Of a stretch of DNA of 29,038 nt, positions 26,385 through 29,038 are shown one piece after another. The notes beneath the pieces were generated by a model that saw nothing but the letters and a program-made list of their open reading frames with translations, ran no database searches and was not told the DNA's origin. Each line of letters opens with the position of its first letter. Position 1 is the first letter of the stretch. The stretch spans positions 1 to 29,038 of IMG/VR virus record IMGVR_UViG_3300028366_000008, one strand, 5' to 3'. Both the position numbers and the translations under genes were made by a program. The DNA comes from a virus. Lineage: Duplodnaviria; Caudoviricetes.

Positions 26385-27181
26385 GTAAAGGTCTCCTCTA
26401 ATTGAGTATTAGACATATCTTTAGGGTCTTTGTCTACAAATACTACGTCAACTTTGTCAAACAACAGCGCCACCTTGCGCTTCATGCGAGCAGCCTTGGC
26501 TGTAGCATCTGCATCTAGCGTTATAACTAAGTGCTTGACACCAATCTTAAGCATGTGACCTATGTCACCTTCCGTTAGGTTAGTACCCAGTAGAGCACAT
26601 GAAGGATGGTGCTTAGCAACAGCTTCTGCACTTGGCCAGTCTTCTACAATAACTAGACTACCATTAAAATTCTCTCTTGTCAACAGAGGAAAGTGAAGAA
26701 AGGGTTCGGTACTTTCTGTGTCGTGTAGTATGTTGATAGCTTTGGGGCCAGACCACCAGTTGTTGAGGCCACCGTAGTGCCGTTGTACGTAGCCTAGCTC
26801 TGTACCCCAGTAGGACAGCACAGGGTACAGTACCATGTGTAGCCTAGACTCCCACATAGGAGGAATGGAGGTGTGCTGTACGGGTAGGTACTGGTAAGCT
26901 TCTTCTGGTAACGCTGCTATAGTTAACTTAGAACTAGGGGTTCTATTCTTATGCAAAGCCTTGCCTACACCGAAGGATACAGTACCATTAAGGAACCCCT
27001 TAGCGCCACAGTTAGCACGAAAGCATTGGAACCATGTACCCTTATCGCTGTTGAGTACAGCCATACATTTCTCTCTGCTACTGCCACCATTGCAAGAGGG
27101 GCAGACAATGCGAACACTACCTCCCCTGTTCAGGTGGCCCTTGATTTGCTGCTTGATCTCTTTCTTCAGGTGATCGTCCAT
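26381..27181 (-). CDS. DNA primase (Zn finger plus TOPRIM)
   Basis: CPSC...CFRANC Zn finger; VIVED, ALLGT, LDADA, DPKD TOPRIM motifs. Confidence 0.88.
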   Translation of the reverse strand: MDDHLKKEIKQQIKGHLNRGGSVRIVCPSCNGGSSREKCMAVLNSDKGTWFQCFRANCGAKGFLNGTVSFGVGKALHKNRTPSSKLTIAALPEEAYQYLPVQHTSIPPMWESRLHMVLYPVLSYWGTELGYVQRHYGGLNNWWSGPKAINILHDTESTEPFLHFPLLTRENFNGSLVIVEDWPSAEAVAKHHPSCALLGTNLTEGDIGHMLKIGVKHLVITLDADATAKAARMKRKVALLFDKVDVVFVDKDPKDMSNTQLEETFT

Positions 27182-27434
27182 TTGCTTTTACCTGTATCCT
27201 AGTCAGTATCTGTTTTATTGGGTTTCCCTCATCGTCAATATTTACAATGGGTATGCTGTGGCTTGCACACTCACTTTCTAGTAAGTAAAAGCGCCTATGC
27301 CACAGAAGACACACCACAGTACAGTGTTCTGTCTCTTTATCTGCATGTATATCAACAAAGCCTAATGAAACTAAGTATTTTTTCCAACATTTAGCACCAA
27401 GTGTAGTGTTAAATTCTAGGTTAATAGAGCGCAT
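27117..27434 (-). CDS. Small paralog-family protein (105 aa), 3' end overlaps primase
   Basis: AAGGAG RBS upstream; AKCWKKYLVSLG and IPIVN motifs shared with neighbours. Confidence 0.62.
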   Translation of the reverse strand: MRSINLEFNTTLGAKCWKKYLVSLGFVDIHADKETEHCTVVCLLWHRRFYLLESECASHSIPIVNIDDEGNPIKQILTRIQVKANGRSPEERDQAANQGPPEQGR

Positions 27435-27627
27435 GGAAGTTTAGCTCCTTGACGTTACCTTCCTCGTCAGTCATCTCTTCATCAAACTGAGGGTTGCATG
27501 TCTTACATTCAGGCATACCAAAGGAGTCAAGCGGCACGTCACTGCAACAAGCATCACAGAATTTAGTTCCTGCCGTATCATACACGTCTACGTCTGTGTC
27601 AATCATGTCACTATCAAATACATCCAT
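27421..27627 (-). CDS. Acidic Zn-finger protein (68 aa)
   Basis: CDAC...CKTC; AAGGA RBS; TAATG overlap with upstream gene. Confidence 0.7.
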   Translation of the reverse strand: MDVFDSDMIDTDVDVYDTAGTKFCDACCSDVPLDSFGMPECKTCNPQFDEEMTDEEGNVKELNFHALY

Positions 27628-27881
27628 TAGGATTTATCCTTTACTAAGTCGCTGAAGTTTATGATTGGGGAGGGGGGGATGGTGCGCTGGCGTTCGGGGT
27701 GGTACATTAGCCAATACCCATAAGTATAAGTATATCTTAAATGGCACGGTATGGGTCCATTTTGTGTAGTATCTCGATTAAAGACATACTCTCCTGCTGT
27801 TATAAGAACTTCTTTCATTTTCATAGCGTCTGCTGCTGTTGAACAGTATATTGCATATGTTCTAAGTTTTTCTTTATTCAT
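27627..27881 (-). CDS. Small paralog-family protein (~84 aa)
   Basis: ATG 27881 with AGGGT RBS preferred over TTG 27902; first gene after the leftward promoter. Confidence 0.65.
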   Translation of the reverse strand: MNKEKLRTYAIYCSTAADAMKMKEVLITAGEYVFNRDTTQNGPIPCHLRYTYTYGYWLMYHPERQRTIPPSPIINFSDLVKDKS

Positions 27882-27895
27882 TGTGTTATACCCTA

Positions 27896-27924
27896 TTGAC
27901 AAGTAAAAGATTGTATGATATAAT
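27896..27924 (+). promoter_or_regulatory. Perfect-consensus sigma70 promoter, antisense to the surrounding genes
   Basis: TTGACA (27896-27901), 17 bp, TG (27916-27917), TATAAT (27919-27924). Confidence 0.75.
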
Positions 27925-27936
27925 AAATGCTAATAG

Positions 27937-27988
27937 ATACATATATATATATATAAATACATATAATATATAAAATACCATACATATA
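27937..27988. repeat. (AT)7 tract and three ATACATATA 9-mers
   Basis: (AT)7 at 27941-27954; ATACATATA at 27937, 27957 and 27980. Confidence 0.8.
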
Positions 27989-28000
27989 CATGCATGTCAA
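27972..28000 (-). promoter_or_regulatory. Sigma70 promoter driving the replication genes
   Basis: On the - strand: TTGACA (28000-27995), 17 bp, TGn-TATTTT (-10 at 27977-27972). Confidence 0.7.
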
Positions 28001-28377
28001 GTATTAAATTCTTTCCAATCATTTGAATATACTACAGGAGAATTATCAATAAACCTACTACCTTCTTCCATGTAATAAATCCATGCACTCACCTGCCTAC
28101 CACCACCACAGTCTACTAACGTCTGCTGCCTATTATAAAAATCAGGATAACCTTCAAGACCATCCAGCCTTTTGAATGTAGTAGGATCTACTTCATAAAT
28201 CTCGACAGTAACACCATGATCACCGCCTTCTATGATAGCAGGGAACCCACCAAGGCTATGCATAGTAAACTCTTTCAAAGTAATACCATCTGATACAAAG
28301 TCTGCTGTCTCAAGCAAGCGGTTGTTACCAAACCCTTTACGAAGTGATCCGTATACTGCTACAATTTCTTTATTCAT
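27997..28377 (-). CDS. Gamma-glutamyl cyclotransferase / AIG2-like protein
   Basis: VAVYGSLRKG, GGFPA, EIYEV, LDGLEGYP..Y.R, AWIY motifs. Confidence 0.9.
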   Translation of the reverse strand: MNKEIVAVYGSLRKGFGNNRLLETADFVSDGITLKEFTMHSLGGFPAIIEGGDHGVTVEIYEVDPTTFKRLDGLEGYPDFYNRQQTLVDCGGGRQVSAWIYYMEEGSRFIDNSPVVYSNDWKEFNT

Positions 28378-28643
28378 GAAGTAACTCCAGTTATGTTAAT
28401 AGCTTTTCTTGTTTTGCAAATATTGTACAAATCTATAATCTCTTGTCTACCGGATAGTGTAGACAAGACCCATATGTCCCTTTCAGGGCTGAATACAAAA
28501 TGCCAGTTACGGCTCCAAGTACTAACAAGATCCGGTGATGCTCCCGGAGAAAACCTTTGACCTTTTTTCTGCATAGCTGTTTTAACAGCCACGTACTGTA
28601 CTTTATTTTCTATTGGAATAGCAAAGTCTTTTATATCTCTCAT
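28374..28643 (-). CDS. Small paralog-family protein (89 aa)
   Basis: GAGG RBS; ATGA overlap with GGCT; KDFAI...KKGQ...WHFVF...EIIDL pattern. Confidence 0.65.
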   Translation of the reverse strand: MRDIKDFAIPIENKVQYVAVKTAMQKKGQRFSPGASPDLVSTWSRNWHFVFSPERDIWVLSTLSGRQEIIDLYNICKTRKAINITGVTS

Positions 28644-28648
28644 ACTTT

Positions 28649-28900
28649 TTATCCCTCGTATCTTTCAATGAACCTAGTAGCGTCTACTACAGGCACTGGG
28701 GTAAGGTAAGGGCGGCCATTAATACTATAAGTATCACTGCCATAAGCTAGGTAACCACTACCATCCCTACTTACTAAGTAAGCAGAATCTCTAGGGACAG
28801 TACTTAGTATAGTTGTGTAACCCATACGTTTTAGTATAGCAAGGCACGTTTGACCATCATTACGAGTATCATACGTAACTGCTAAGTCAGGCATATTCAT
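28649..28900 (-). CDS. Small paralog-family protein (~83 aa)
   Basis: ATG 28900 overlaps the upstream stop (ATGA); aligns with the partial ORF upstream. Confidence 0.7.
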   Translation of the reverse strand: MNMPDLAVTYDTRNDGQTCLAILKRMGYTTILSTVPRDSAYLVSRDGSGYLAYGSDTYSINGRPYLTPVPVVDATRFIERYEG

Positions 28901-29037
28901 ACGTCGCACTTCTCATATCTTTTAAGGAAAATCTCGGCACTCACAATGGGTATTTTTACTCCCGAAGCCAAAGCGTGGAAGCAGTTATTAACATTGACGG
29001 TGTCGGATCCGTATTTCAACTTACCATATCTGCCTCT
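28897..29037 (-). CDS. 3' end of a truncated small paralog-family gene, not in the ORF track
   Basis: Manual translation ...RGRYGKLKYGSDTVNVNNCFHALASGVKIPIVSAEIFLKRYEKCDV*; shares YGSDT and [IV]P[IV]VxAxxFxxRYE with 28649-28900. Confidence 0.7.
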   Translation of the reverse strand, partial: RGRYGKLKYGSDTVNVNNCFHALASGVKIPIVSAEIFLKRYEKCDV

Positions 29038-29038
29038 A

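Noticed and set aside
14613-27181. Inteins, introns or homing endonucleases in RNR, polymerase, helicase or primase
   Set aside because: Genes are compact and uninterrupted; no HNH, GIY-YIG or LAGLIDADG motifs or intein termini seen in them or in the small inserted ORFs
27937-27988. Repeats considered as a mini CRISPR array
   Set aside because: 9-mer low-complexity repeats with short AT-only spacers; no cas genes
1-29038. Stop-codon recoding, tRNA genes or prophage features
   Set aside because: TAA, TAG and TGA all end genes at sensible places; intergenic gaps are too short or lack cloverleaf motifs; no integrase, repressor cassette or host genes

Overview
A 29-kb segment of a lytic, podovirus-type dsDNA phage genome. 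From recalled similarity of the capsid and tail proteins and the gene order, it is most like the RNA-polymerase-less VpV262/SIO1 group (Zobellviridae); this needs a database check. Two convergent blocks meet at a hairpin terminator near 14.6 kb. The + strand (28-14595) carries scaffold, major capsid protein, head/tail tube proteins, three internal virion proteins, a probable holin and a T1 gp11-like unimolecular spanin, which implies a diderm host. The - strand (14613-29038) carries class I RNR alpha/beta, ThyX, two exonucleases, a resolvase-like endonuclease, a probable SSB, family A DNA polymerase, SF4 helicase, primase and gamma-glutamyl cyclotransferase. The most unusual elements are: (1) at least 7 small divergent AT-rich ORFs that appear paralogous and are interleaved among core replication genes; (2) face-to-face consensus sigma70 promoters flanking an (AT)n/ATACATATA tract upstream of the replication genes; (3) a three-frame arrangement at the polymerase start with a possible overprinted membrane-protein gene; (4) a LMW-PTP homologue lacking its catalytic Arg. 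No tRNA, CRISPR array, integrase or intein was seen. All calls come from reading motifs by eye; no searches were run.
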